Shown here piece after piece: positions 1-9,067 of a stretch of DNA of 44,513 bases; the first letter of the stretch is position 1, and the number at the start of each line of letters is the position of its first letter. This stretch comes from Escherichia phage Gluttony. Below the pieces are notes generated by a model. It saw nothing but the letters and a program-made list of their open reading frames with translations, did no database searches and was not told the origin of the DNA. The stretch lies in the sequence record NC_031113.1; one strand, given 5' to 3'. Made by a program: the position numbers and the translations under genes.

Positions 1-127
1 ATGCCGCTGGTGGCCTTAACCTCGTAGGTCCATACGGCATCGATCACATGCTCGCGGAAGTCGGGACCGGACTTCACCTTGCGCTTGCCTACCATGATAA
101 TATCGCCGCGGTCTATGGTATTGGCAC
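1..127. repeat. 127-bp terminal direct repeat, identical to 44387..44513; likely assembly overlap of a circular or permuted genome
   Basis: First 127 nt of the window match the last 127 nt base for base; a minus-strand ORF reads through this junction. Confidence 0.9.
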
Positions 128-344
128 TAAACAAGCCGGTACGCATGAGCAAACCTTGCGGTATACAACTGCGCCCGCCTGCTTGCCCTTCAAGGTACAT
201 GCCCGCAAACATTTCGCCCAGCACACCGACCAGTCGGCTTTGCTTGCACGCGTCGGACTTTAAGCGCCATTGGTCAAACTCGATGCTTGCTACCATTGCC
301 GCCAGGTGGAATTGTTTACCGGATATTTCATATTCGCCGTACAT
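1..344 (-). CDS. 5' part of a wrap-around gene (start codon at 344) encoding a putative PD-(D/E)XK-like nuclease-fold protein, about 191 aa in full
   Basis: Hand translation of the minus strand is open from ATG at 344 down to position 1 and in frame with the ORF at 44155..44481 through the repeat; GAGGA RBS before the ATG at 344; in-frame stop at 381-383; D...EVK-type motif (GDIIMVGKRK...VIDAVWTYEVKATSG). Confidence 0.5.
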   Translation of the reverse strand, partial: MYGEYEISGKQFHLAAMVASIEFDQWRLKSDACKQSRLVGVLGEMFAGMYLEGQAGGRSCIPQGLLMRTGLFSANTIDRGDIIMVGKRKVKSGPDFREHVIDAVWTYEVKATSG

Positions 345-386
345 CGTGTGGTCCTCATTGATGCGGGCCGAAGCCCGCGATTAGAA

Positions 387-965
387 TTATTTCAGTGCGC
401 TACGTACCAGTGTTTTTTCCATGTTGCGGAAGTCTTCCGGCGTCATGAGGATTTTGGACCCATCCTCTCCAGTGAGCACGACCATAGGCTGGACGTCCTG
501 GGCCGCTACGCCGAAATTGGCGGCTTTGACAGTCTTCCCGAACGAGGCCACCACACCTTCGGCAACGCGCATCGCACTGTTATACGCATTAATCTCGCCA
601 TCTAGTCGTACGGACAGGTCTTTGAGGCTGTCGAATTGTGCTGCCGTTGTGTCGATCTGGATCTCGTCATGCACGGTCATGTACGACTCGCCCAGCAGTG
701 CGGCATATGCTACCAGGTCAACGATGTTATCGTCCTGGTGCTTACGGTGCTGGCGTACCAGCTTCAGGCAGATCAAGAAGGTCCAGGCTTCTTGCTCGGT
801 CAGGTCGCGACCGGTAAGCGCGTTAAACACGTCAGCGATCTGTTTAGCGCTACGCTCTTCTTTCGCGTTGTCATAGCCGTTTTCTTTTCCGCGCTGTTCC
901 ATAGTGGTGGCGGCGTTTTTGCAGTATTCGTATGCTTTCATTATGTGGTCCTTTTTAGGGGCCAT
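387..965 (-). CDS. Hypothetical protein, 192 aa (alternative start at 941)
   Basis: ORF track; helical, charged sequence; function not recognised. Confidence 0.5.
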   Translation of the reverse strand: MAPKKDHIMKAYEYCKNAATTMEQRGKENGYDNAKEERSAKQIADVFNALTGRDLTEQEAWTFLICLKLVRQHRKHQDDNIVDLVAYAALLGESYMTVHDEIQIDTTAAQFDSLKDLSVRLDGEINAYNSAMRVAEGVVASFGKTVKAANFGVAAQDVQPMVVLTGEDGSKILMTPEDFRNMEKTLVRSALK

Positions 966-1470
966 ATCGCCCCGACGAGTTAACTATAGTGCAACCAATA
1001 GGTTGGTTGCAAGTAAATTTTGCAACGTTTATCGCATAAATTTTCGAGACCAGATCGCTGCACGCCCGTCGAATGGCCGCGATGTTCTTCGGGCAGTCTT
1101 CAATGATGACCAGTTCCGATACGTCCGCATAGCAGACCATTTTGAACACGGCGCACGCTTTAAACTCTGGCGGCGGGGTATCGTCCAGCATGTGGCGCAT
1201 AAACAACCGGCCTACGGGGAATACTTCCAATTGCTCGACGGTAGTCTCCCAGCATTCTCGCTGCCGGTTGGTCAGATACGCGATCTCGAAGCCTTGCTCT
1301 TTGTACATGGTCAGCAGCGGCAGCATATCCATGTTCAGATCTTCGCGTATATGCGCTTTGTGCCACTTCGCCCAAAAGGTGGATTTTGTTTTTATACCTG
1401 GCACCAGGTCGGCACGCGCATCGCTTGAACCATTAATAACGCCATCAAGATCACAAATCAGTAGTTTCAT
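955..1470 (-). CDS. HAD-superfamily phosphatase-like protein
   Basis: N-terminal LICDLDGVI matches the HAD motif I (DxDG) pattern. Confidence 0.5.
   Translation of the reverse strand: MKLLICDLDGVINGSSDARADLVPGIKTKSTFWAKWHKAHIREDLNMDMLPLLTMYKEQGFEIAYLTNRQRECWETTVEQLEVFPVGRLFMRHMLDDTPPPEFKACAVFKMVCYADVSELVIIEDCPKNIAAIRRACSDLVSKIYAINVAKFTCNQPIGCTIVNSSGRYGP
984..1012 (-). promoter_or_regulatory. Sigma70-like promoter (TTGCAA-17-TATAGT) inside the palindrome TTGCAACCAATAGGTTGGTTGCAA
   Basis: -35/-10 spacing read on the minus strand; contains the recurring ATTGGTTGCA motif; lies inside the 3' end of the upstream ORF. Confidence 0.4.
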
Positions 1471-1691
1471 TTTAATTCCTCAACCAAATCCGAACGAACA
1501 ACTCTGGCGGAAAACTTGTTACACACAAGATGCCAATTTGCGGTTATGACAAGCCAGCCGGTAAGGTCCAGACCCAGGATATATTCTGGACGTGACACTC
1601 GCTTCACACGATCGCGGCGCGGATCGATGTTATAGTCTCTTTGCATTCGGTCTACTACCGCAGGGTCGCGGTCAACGATTAAGATATTCAA
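1467..1691 (-). CDS. Hypothetical protein, 74 aa
   Basis: ORF track; overlaps neighbours in operon fashion. Confidence 0.35.
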   Translation of the reverse strand: MNILIVDRDPAVVDRMQRDYNIDPRRDRVKRVSRPEYILGLDLTGWLVITANWHLVCNKFSARVVRSDLVEELK

Positions 1692-2157
1692 GGAGTTCTC
1701 CTTCGCTCATTATTTCAATTTGTGCGCTGCCGGTTGGTGGCGCTTCGTCAAATATTATCAATTGCTGGCACTTGTTATTGCTCGGCCCGACTTCACCGGT
1801 GACAGCGTGTATAAATCTCACCCGCCAGTCCAGAAGAATTATCATATTGGCAGTCTTCCGGGCCAACTTCGCCCACTTCGTCGACGTGTCCTGATTCAGT
1901 AGCATGACAGTCCGGCGACCGTGCGCTGCGCATTCCACCCACGGCAGCGGGTCGGAATACGGCGGATTGCACCACTTCCACCCTTTCAAATCAGCCCAGT
2001 CCACATCAAGCGCGCTATGTTCTGCTGTGAAGTAACGCGGTAGCAGGTGGTTGGCATCGCTTGCCGCCATATCGTAACGGAATCGGTATTTCCGACGAAG
2101 CGGTTTGAATAAAGCTGGCGGCGTGCGCCAGCTATCTTTTTGCTCACTCTTCTGCAT
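1672..2157 (-). CDS. Phage DNA N6-adenine methyltransferase (Dam-like)
   Basis: WRTPPALF and CNPPY motifs typical of the phage Dam family. Confidence 0.8.
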   Translation of the reverse strand: MQKSEQKDSWRTPPALFKPLRRKYRFRYDMAASDANHLLPRYFTAEHSALDVDWADLKGWKWCNPPYSDPLPWVECAAHGRRTVMLLNQDTSTKWAKLARKTANMIILLDWRVRFIHAVTGEVGPSNNKCQQLIIFDEAPPTGSAQIEIMSEGELLEYLNR

Positions 2158-2608
2158 GACCTGGATCTATCGCGTATAAAGGGACTTTATTGCCGGTTTT
2201 CATAACGCGCTGGACGCGCTTTGACTCCTCGGCGCTCATTGGGCGCATATCAGTGCTATAACCACCGTTTGATGTGTGCCGCCACGCTATCAGCACCAGA
2301 TCTTTCCGGTCGATCTTAGACTGGCGGCCCTTCGGTCGCACGTACGCCTCGGCCCGTTTGCAATGCTCGCGCAGACCTTCGGCAGTGATGCGGTTTAGCG
2401 CGACGGTGGTTGTGTACCCGGTGCGCTGCATAATACCCATCAACCCATACAGCAGTTCGAAGCGCTCCTCTAACTCCTTGCGCATCTTTTCCTCGCCTTC
2501 ATAGCTCGCCAGGTAGGTATCCGCCAGCGCGTTCGCCCGTTCGACCTGTTCGCGGGCTTCGAGGCATTGCGCGGCCCAGTAATTTTTCTCTTCTTGTAAA
2601 ATTTTCAT
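2144..2608 (-). CDS. Hypothetical protein, 154 aa
   Basis: ORF track; coiled-coil-like N-terminus. Confidence 0.45.
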   Translation of the reverse strand: MKILQEEKNYWAAQCLEAREQVERANALADTYLASYEGEEKMRKELEERFELLYGLMGIMQRTGYTTTVALNRITAEGLREHCKRAEAYVRPKGRQSKIDRKDLVLIAWRHTSNGGYSTDMRPMSAEESKRVQRVMKTGNKVPLYAIDPGHAEE

Positions 2609-2655
2609 CGTGTTGTCTCCAGGTATTAAAAAGGGCGTCCAAACCGGACACCCTC

Positions 2656-2684
2656 AATATAAGGCAACCAATATGACTATGCAA
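2656..2684 (-). promoter_or_regulatory. Sigma70-like promoter (TTGCAT-17-TATATT) built from two ATTGGTTGC motif copies
   Basis: Read on the minus strand upstream of the ATG at 2608. Confidence 0.4.
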
Positions 2685-2689
2685 CCAAT

Positions 2690-3013
2690 TTACGCATAAA
2701 AGTTCGGGTCGCGTGCAACGTCTACCAGGTAAAGGTTGCTTATGCGGTTGCCGTAGTGCCCTGGAGTGCGCTGGCGGCACACAACGGCGAAGCCTGGAGG
2801 GATTGTATTGCCCGTCTCAATAATCCACGCCACGCGTGCGCCAGACAGCGTCTTGCCGTTGTATTCGATACGTGTTCCGCCATCGGCGGTATTGAGGTTG
2901 CCAATTTTGCAGCCGGTGGACTTCAGACGAATGACGCCGGTTTTGCTGTCGTAGGAGAATAACTGGTTAGTCATTGCAACCGAAAAATCGATGGCTTCGA
3001 ATGAAGTATTCAT
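2690..3013 (-). CDS. HNH_3-like (NUMOD-type) endonuclease-like protein, possibly degenerate
   Basis: RVAWIIETGNTIPPGF...NRISNLYLV resembles the HRLVW...IDH...NLRLV pattern, but the catalytic D-H is not evident. Confidence 0.45.
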   Translation of the reverse strand: MNTSFEAIDFSVAMTNQLFSYDSKTGVIRLKSTGCKIGNLNTADGGTRIEYNGKTLSGARVAWIIETGNTIPPGFAVVCRQRTPGHYGNRISNLYLVDVARDPNFYA

Positions 3014-3705
3014 TTTAAATTTTCCTCGTTAACCGCTATCGCGAAGCCGCGCGGAGTGAGCGACCGGATTAATTTTGTGCGGGCTGATTTGCCTCCGAGG
3101 CGACTATACTGCTTCGAGTACCCTTTTTCAACGAAAACAGGTCTCTTCTCTGGCATACGGAAGCCGTTGCCGGTCCATAAGCAGGTCAGCTTCGGATATG
3201 AATCGCGGGCGTTGATGTATTCCGGGAAGAGCGGGTGTACGTCATCCTCCGGCAGATATCCCCCATACTCCCACGGGTCGAATGAGTGATCCGGCTTGCG
3301 CCACTGGGTGGAAAGCACACTGCGCGGATTCTCAATCATATACGGCACTTCGAAGAAGTCACCCAGGTACGCGGCGATCTTCGCGGTGCGCACCGCCTTA
3401 AGCTGGAAGGCCGGGTCGCGGGCGCGTTTGCGCGGGAAAGCTGGCGCACCGCTCACCGCCAGATCAGTACACGGCGGGAATGCGTAGATGATATCTGGCG
3501 TACCGAAATCGCCATTCATCGCGCGGTCTACAAAGTCCAGATCAATAAACTCATTGCGATATCGGATCCCGCGACCATAAATCCGGTAGTCCAGGTACGA
3601 CCCGTGATCGGCTTCGGAGTAGTTAAAACAGTAGCACTTATGCCCCATCTCGGCAGCACGCTCAATCATCAAGCCGCTGCCGTCAAACAATGACCAGATT
3701 ATCAT
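3010..3705 (-). CDS. DNA cytosine-C5 methyltransferase-like protein, short at 231 aa
   Basis: Motif I-like LFDGSGL, PC motif FPPCTDLAVSGA, ENV-like IENP. Confidence 0.5.
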   Translation of the reverse strand: MIIWSLFDGSGLMIERAAEMGHKCYCFNYSEADHGSYLDYRIYGRGIRYRNEFIDLDFVDRAMNGDFGTPDIIYAFPPCTDLAVSGAPAFPRKRARDPAFQLKAVRTAKIAAYLGDFFEVPYMIENPRSVLSTQWRKPDHSFDPWEYGGYLPEDDVHPLFPEYINARDSYPKLTCLWTGNGFRMPEKRPVFVEKGYSKQYSRLGGKSARTKLIRSLTPRGFAIAVNEENLK

Positions 3706-5126
3706 TTGCGCGCCTTCTTAGCTTTCATGTATTCCATCAAGTCGTCCTGAATATCCCGCTTACTGTCGCGACGCTCGGCGACCAGTTCGTCCAGTGTTCC
3801 GCGCGCCTGGATAATGTAGACGAATACCGGTCGAGGGTGCCCGGCCTGCATCTGGCGAACCGGCCCGATACGCTCAACGATCTGCGAAAAGTGCTCAAAG
3901 TTCCAGGTATCGGAGAAGATTGCCAGGTGATGACCGCCGTCCTGCAAGTTAAGGCCGTGGCCTGCCGATGCCGGGTGTGCAAACATGATGGGGATCTCAC
4001 CCCTGTTCCACGCTTCCATATCCTTATTGCCCTGCTTACCTTTACCCAACGCAACGCCGTGCGGAAATTTCTTCTTAAGTCGTGCCAGGTCATGCTTATA
4101 CTGATACGCAACGAGCAACGGCGCGCCGTTCAACTCCTCTACGATACTCTCCAGCGCGTCCAGCTTCGCGTCGTGAATCTTCACCCACTCGTCGGTCCGT
4201 TCGCCGTCTTCGTCCACCTTATACACGGCCCCGGATGCAAGCTGAAGGCACTTAATTGTCTTCGACGCCGCGTTCGCCGCTTCCACTGTTCCGCTTTCCA
4301 GTTCTGCAAATAGCTCGCTTTCAAACTGGTCATAAATCTTACGCGCTTTCTTCGGCAGGTCCACAACAACCGGCGTATAGATTGGCTTGTCGCACCCGAA
4401 GTATTCCGCCGCGTCAACGGTGAGGGATACATCTGACAGACGTTGTTGTATCTCTTTCTCGGAGTTCTTTAGCGGAGCGTGCTGCATAGTGAAGCTGCTA
4501 GGCTTAACAGGCTTGCTAATGAACCAGCGGTCGGTAAATGCCTTATAGCTACTGCCGAGGCGTTCGCCACCGTCGACAAACCACGTCTGACCCCATAAGT
4601 CTTTTAGCCCGTTTGGCGCTGGTGTGCCGGTAAGGTTAATCCAGCGCTTGACGTGTTTATGTGCAATCGCTGCCAGTGCGCGGGCGCGCTTGCTCCCCTG
4701 CTTGCTACGATAGCCTTTCAGCTTAGTCGATTCATCGGCAACAACGACCGTAAAGGGCCACGCATCGCCGTAATAGTCGACCAGCCACTCAACCACATCA
4801 TAGTTAACACAAACCACGTTAGCGTCGCTCTCCAGCGCTGCAATGCGGTCCTTCTCTGGACCAGTGCCGTCTACTACCAGCAGGGCTGGGAAGCGCCATT
4901 TCTCCTGCTCCGGGGGCCAGGTGCCGGACGCAACGCGCAGCGGGGCCAGCACCAGTACGCGGTCCTCCTGGTTGGACAGGATACCCGTCTGGAACATTTT
5001 ATTCAGCGCCCACATTGTCGCGCCGGTTTTACCCGATCCCATTGTCGCCCATATATTACATCGCTTATGCTTGAGGATGAACGCGGTTATCAACTTCTGA
5101 TATTCGCGGCGTCGGAATCGTGCCAT
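3702..5126 (-). CDS. Superfamily II (SNF2/DEAD-like) DNA helicase
   Basis: Walker A MGSGKTG, DEST box, helicase C motif HPASAGHGLNLQ; start placed at MARF (5126) after a GGCGGA RBS. Confidence 0.8.
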   Translation of the reverse strand: MARFRRREYQKLITAFILKHKRCNIWATMGSGKTGATMWALNKMFQTGILSNQEDRVLVLAPLRVASGTWPPEQEKWRFPALLVVDGTGPEKDRIAALESDANVVCVNYDVVEWLVDYYGDAWPFTVVVADESTKLKGYRSKQGSKRARALAAIAHKHVKRWINLTGTPAPNGLKDLWGQTWFVDGGERLGSSYKAFTDRWFISKPVKPSSFTMQHAPLKNSEKEIQQRLSDVSLTVDAAEYFGCDKPIYTPVVVDLPKKARKIYDQFESELFAELESGTVEAANAASKTIKCLQLASGAVYKVDEDGERTDEWVKIHDAKLDALESIVEELNGAPLLVAYQYKHDLARLKKKFPHGVALGKGKQGNKDMEAWNRGEIPIMFAHPASAGHGLNLQDGGHHLAIFSDTWNFEHFSQIVERIGPVRQMQAGHPRPVFVYIIQARGTLDELVAERRDSKRDIQDDLMEYMKAKKARK

Positions 5127-5130
5127 ATCT

Positions 5131-5364
5131 TTATTCCGCCTTTTTCCAGACTTCAGTTTCACTGTTCCAGTTCCTTTTTGTGGCGTCGTAGTTGGTGGCG
5201 TGTCCGACGTGGACACCGGTAGCCCGGAAGCTCTTAAATTTTTGCCAGCACACCGTCAACGGCAGCGGATCATTCATGCCTGCGATAAACCATACGCGAT
5301 CGCCCGGTTTACATTCGCCCAGCTTGGTGAGTCGGTAATGTTCTTTCATCGTCATGTCTCCCAA
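5131..5364 (-). CDS. Hypothetical protein, 77 aa
   Basis: ORF track. Confidence 0.4.
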   Translation of the reverse strand: MGDMTMKEHYRLTKLGECKPGDRVWFIAGMNDPLPLTVCWQKFKSFRATGVHVGHATNYDATKRNWNSETEVWKKAE

Positions 5365-5392
5365 AAATGGCGGGACAAGCCCGCCGTATTAA

Positions 5393-5566
5393 TTATTTTT
5401 GTTCTGCACGGTAGCGGCGCTGCCGTTCGCGCTCTTTTTTATTGCGGCACGATTTGCACTCTGCCCGATACCCGTCTGGACTTCGCGCAGTCTTACCGGT
5501 GTATTTGTGGAACTGGGATAGCGGCTTTACACAGCCGCAATTACTACAACGTTTTTCTTCAATCAT
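5393..5566 (-). CDS. Small zinc-ribbon protein
   Basis: CSNCGC...CKSC cysteine pairs; start at MIEEK with a GAGGA RBS. Confidence 0.45.
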   Translation of the reverse strand: MIEEKRCSNCGCVKPLSQFHKYTGKTARSPDGYRAECKSCRNKKERERQRRYRAEQK

Positions 5567-5606
5567 CTCTAAAATCCTCGATATGGCTAACCGGCACACT
5601 ATACCG

Positions 5607-5885
5607 CTATGCGACCAATTCAGCAACCAATAAATCACAGTCGGCTATGCTGTCGATAACGCGAACGTCCGCACCGCGGCGGGCCATTCGCTCATGTTCT
5701 CGTACCTGGTGCGGCTTAGGTTTACCGCCTGGGCGCTTCACTTCGACGAAAACTATCTTGCCGTTGATGATGATAATCAGATCGGGCGCGCCTGCGCGCC
5801 CCTCCCACGCCACTTTACGGCAGAATCCGCCAACCTCTTTAACCCGTTTCATAAGGTGACGCTGCACCTTGCCTTCTGGTGTCAT
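5607..5885 (-). CDS. VRR-NUC domain nuclease
   Basis: VFVEVKRPGGKPKPHQ...E motif; ATG overlaps the upstream stop (ATGA). Confidence 0.7.
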   Translation of the reverse strand: MTPEGKVQRHLMKRVKEVGGFCRKVAWEGRAGAPDLIIIINGKIVFVEVKRPGGKPKPHQVREHERMARRGADVRVIDSIADCDLLVAELVA

Positions 5886-6514
5886 TGTCGGCTTTTCCTT
5901 ACGGCAGCGATGGCAGGTCCGATAAACTTCTTCATTTCGTCCGGGGTAAACCGATCCCCGCGGGCTATGTTGCACTCTACGCAGCACGGCACGCAGTTAT
6001 CTTTCGTATGGCCTACTGCGTTGTCGAGTCGGTCCGCGCCATTGTCGCCGGTGAATCCGCAGTATGCGCACGGCTGAGAAGTAAGGCGCAGCACGTCCTC
6101 TGTAGTAAGGTCGGTGTTTAGCCCCTTCCTTTCGTCTGCCTTACGGTACTGAAAGAGTTTATAGTAAGCGCGGATCTCTGGTGTCCGGTGGTTGTACTCG
6201 CGGCGTGACTTATTAGCGCACGATCGGCATTCTTTACGAATATGTGACCCGTTTGCTTGGCTTCCTGGCCGGAAGTTTTCCGGCGTGAGCGGCTTGCGCT
6301 CACCGCACGTACGACATGTTACGATCTCCCCGGTGTACTCTCGCCATACTTCTCTCGGCGGCGCGCCTCTTTCCTTATCCCGTCTCTCTTTCTTATATGC
6401 CGCCATGCATTTGGCGCACCACGACTGGCCCTTGTTGAAAGCGGACTCATCTTTACCCGTATTACAACGCCCACAATGTTTCATATACACCTCGAAAAAG
6501 AAAACGCCAGACAA
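5882..6514 (-). CDS. HNH endonuclease with N-terminal zinc-finger repeats
   Basis: CAYCGF...GH...N..CCVECN HNH-type motif. Confidence 0.7.
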   Translation of the reverse strand: MSGVFFFEVYMKHCGRCNTGKDESAFNKGQSWCAKCMAAYKKERRDKERGAPPREVWREYTGEIVTCRTCGERKPLTPENFRPGSQANGSHIRKECRSCANKSRREYNHRTPEIRAYYKLFQYRKADERKGLNTDLTTEDVLRLTSQPCAYCGFTGDNGADRLDNAVGHTKDNCVPCCVECNIARGDRFTPDEMKKFIGPAIAAVRKSRQ

Positions 6515-6550
6515 TAATGCCCAACGTTTCCGCTAAAAGCAACATTTCCG

Positions 6551-8842
6551 CTACTTGCGGTAGCGATACATGCAATCGCCCTCTGCGGCAAGTGGGAAGC
6601 CTTTCGCCCAAATAGGCAGGTCGCACATCAGCGCGCAAAGCTCCTCTGTCGTGTAGTCGTCGGTGTCCGGCACTTCTGTGATCAATTCATCATGCACCGA
6701 TAGAACGATTTCATAGCCCGCAGCTTCAACGCCAGGCATTGACCAGGCGAGAATATCACGGCACAACGCCTGTACTATGTTCTCCGTCAGTTTGCCGCCG
6801 TAGGTATACTGGAAGCCCCACTGGCGCGTCGTCTGATTCTCGCCCTGATATTTAATGCGGGTGCTGGTGCGTTTCTTGCCGGTATCTTCGTCGATCTCGG
6901 TCGTCACTGACAGCGCAATGCCTGGATAACTCATAATACGCCCCGACGGCAACTCAATTTTCAACCACCACCCCGCGGCGTTCGGGTCGTCGCGTTCCTC
7001 GTCGAAGGTTGGGTCATGCTTCGCCTTCGTGCGGACTATCTTGAGCGCTTTCTTACCATCCGGGCGAACGTTCGCGCCAGCCCAGTACGCTTTGCCAGGA
7101 TTGCGGATTGCACACAACACCGCGTCCTCAAGCTCGGCCCAAAAGGCTACCGTCTTCGGGTGAGCCTCGCGCCACATGCGTTTAATCGCATCACACGTAA
7201 GCCATACGTTTTTCGGCAGTATGTAAGTCGGGCGCTCGTCCTTCTTGCCAGGCTTTGGCGGTCGCTTCGCTTCGTTAATGCGGGCGTACTCATAACCCCG
7301 TTTAGCCGCTGCCCAAATGTGATCGGGGAATGTGCCCTTCATGACGTCCGCCATCGCGTAAAGGTCGAGGCCCAGGTTTTTAGCGAACTGCAAGAACGCC
7401 GCGACGCCGCCACCATAGCCCAGCCCCAATTCGCACGCCTTACCGATCTGGCGTAAGTCCTTGCGGTTAGCTTTAATGTAGTCCGGGTCCAGGCCGAACA
7501 TCTTACCGGCAGTCTCACAATAGATATCGCGACCGGCCTTAAACACCATTAGCGCGGTTTTCTCGCCTGCGATCCAGGCAAGTCCACGCCCTTCCACGTT
7601 GGAGTAGTCCGCTACGACAAACTTCTTGCCCTTAGCCGGGATAATGCACCCGCGAACGGTCGAGGCTGTTAGCTTAGATATGTCATACGCCCAGTGCGCG
7701 GTCCCGCGTAACAGGGAATTGATGCCGTTGGTGAGCATGTGCGACCGGACCCAAAAAGCAACGTCGCTCTCGCCTTCGCGGCGCTTAATCTTCCCTTCGT
7801 GATCGTCGCTATACTCGCCGCGTGCCAGGTTTTGAGGCTGGAAGCCTTTACCCGCCCAGCGCAGCGTGCGCTTTGCACCACCATACTGAAGACACCCACG
7901 GCGGCGACCATCTGCGGATAAGCCGTTAACTAGCGGATTGTACTTAGTCGATGCCGTTGATGACGCTCCGAGGCGCATTTCTATAAGCGCTTTGCCTTCG
8001 TCGGGGAAGTCCGGGTCTTCAAGCAGGTCGTTAAGTGTGGATTTCTGCGCGTTGTGGATCGTGAACGCCGGGGCGATATCACGTAGGATTGGCAGGAAGT
8101 CATTGCCGGTCAGCTTACCGCCAAATCGCTCCCAGGCTTCCTCTTTCAATTCTTCCTTATGCGCCTGTACCGCTTTGATCGCAGCGCGCGCCAGGTCAAC
8201 GTCCACGTAGAAGCCGCGGTCGTTAATCAATTGGTCGATAAGCAGGATTTCGTCTTCCTTCGGCGTATTACCCCAGTCCGGTATGCGCCAATAGACTTCC
8301 CTCATCGCGATGATATCCAGCGCGGCATAGCGCAGGAATTTAGCCCACTCCTCGGGGTGCGTCTTGCGCGTGTAGCGGCGGATTTTGTAGGTCTTAGGGG
8401 TAGGCTTACAGAATCGTTTAATCAGCGCCTTGCCTGCCTTATCCTTCGCGTGCTCTGCGTCAACGCCCAGCACCTGACACTGCATATCGAGGCTACCCGG
8501 CAGCGCGTGCCGAAAGGCCATAATCATGGTATCTTCGATCTGGCTTACCGGCAGATCTATACCCCACTTCTCGCGAATAACAAGGCGGTCAAACAGGAGG
8601 CCGTTAGCCATCACTATTTTTGCTTTCTTGCGGGATACACGGCGGAGTGCCTTGCGCAGTTCACGCGGCATTGTTGGGGATTCAGTGGCATCCCATGTCT
8701 GCACGCGGCCTTCGTCGATGGCGTAGGTGCAAATCATAATCTCGGTGGTTTGGTGCTCTGCGTAGGCGTACGCCCCTACTTTCTTCAGGTCCACCCCGCT
8801 AAATGTCTCGGTGTCGAGAAACAGACGTTCGAAGTCTTTCAT
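6551..8842 (-). CDS. Family A DNA polymerase with 3'-5' exonuclease domain
   Basis: Exo I LDTETFS; motif A DYSNVEGR; motif B RKDLRQIGKACELGLGYGGG; motif C VHDE. Confidence 0.9.
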   Translation of the reverse strand: MKDFERLFLDTETFSGVDLKKVGAYAYAEHQTTEIMICTYAIDEGRVQTWDATESPTMPRELRKALRRVSRKKAKIVMANGLLFDRLVIREKWGIDLPVSQIEDTMIMAFRHALPGSLDMQCQVLGVDAEHAKDKAGKALIKRFCKPTPKTYKIRRYTRKTHPEEWAKFLRYAALDIIAMREVYWRIPDWGNTPKEDEILLIDQLINDRGFYVDVDLARAAIKAVQAHKEELKEEAWERFGGKLTGNDFLPILRDIAPAFTIHNAQKSTLNDLLEDPDFPDEGKALIEMRLGASSTASTKYNPLVNGLSADGRRRGCLQYGGAKRTLRWAGKGFQPQNLARGEYSDDHEGKIKRREGESDVAFWVRSHMLTNGINSLLRGTAHWAYDISKLTASTVRGCIIPAKGKKFVVADYSNVEGRGLAWIAGEKTALMVFKAGRDIYCETAGKMFGLDPDYIKANRKDLRQIGKACELGLGYGGGVAAFLQFAKNLGLDLYAMADVMKGTFPDHIWAAAKRGYEYARINEAKRPPKPGKKDERPTYILPKNVWLTCDAIKRMWREAHPKTVAFWAELEDAVLCAIRNPGKAYWAGANVRPDGKKALKIVRTKAKHDPTFDEERDDPNAAGWWLKIELPSGRIMSYPGIALSVTTEIDEDTGKKRTSTRIKYQGENQTTRQWGFQYTYGGKLTENIVQALCRDILAWSMPGVEAAGYEIVLSVHDELITEVPDTDDYTTEELCALMCDLPIWAKGFPLAAEGDCMYRYRK

Positions 8843-9009
8843 TGCTTTATCCTCACTACGGCGTCAGCGCTGCCGATCATGGAGAAGATGCCGTCTGACA
8901 GGGCAATCTCTTCGCCGTTGTTGCGAATCTCGGCAACTGTGAAATATTCCCCCAGTAGCTTAGACCATACTTTCATTCCGACTTTTACTTCGCTGGCTTT
9001 AATCCGCAT
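8840..9009 (-). CDS. Small hypothetical protein, 56 aa
   Basis: Hand-translated ORF (MRIKASEVKVGMKVW...) with an AGGA RBS; its stop overlaps the polymerase start. Confidence 0.3.
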
Positions 9010-9020
9010 TTTTCATTGTC

Positions 9021-9049
9021 CTATTAAAAAGCCCGCATTAAGCGGGCTT
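9021..9049 (-). terminator. Rho-independent terminator after the SSB-like gene
   Basis: 8-bp GC stem AAGCCCGC/GCGGGCTT followed by a T-run on the minus strand. Confidence 0.6.
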
Positions 9050-9067
9050 GAATAGTGGGCTTTGCCC

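Noticed and set aside
48-605. Plus-strand ORFs at 48..263, 79..384 and 270..605
   Set aside because: Antisense to the junction-spanning nuclease-like gene and the 387..965 gene; no RBS; shadow ORFs.
8159-9055. Plus-strand ORF of 298 aa
   Set aside because: Lies antisense to the family A DNA polymerase gene, which has clear catalytic motifs; shadow ORF.
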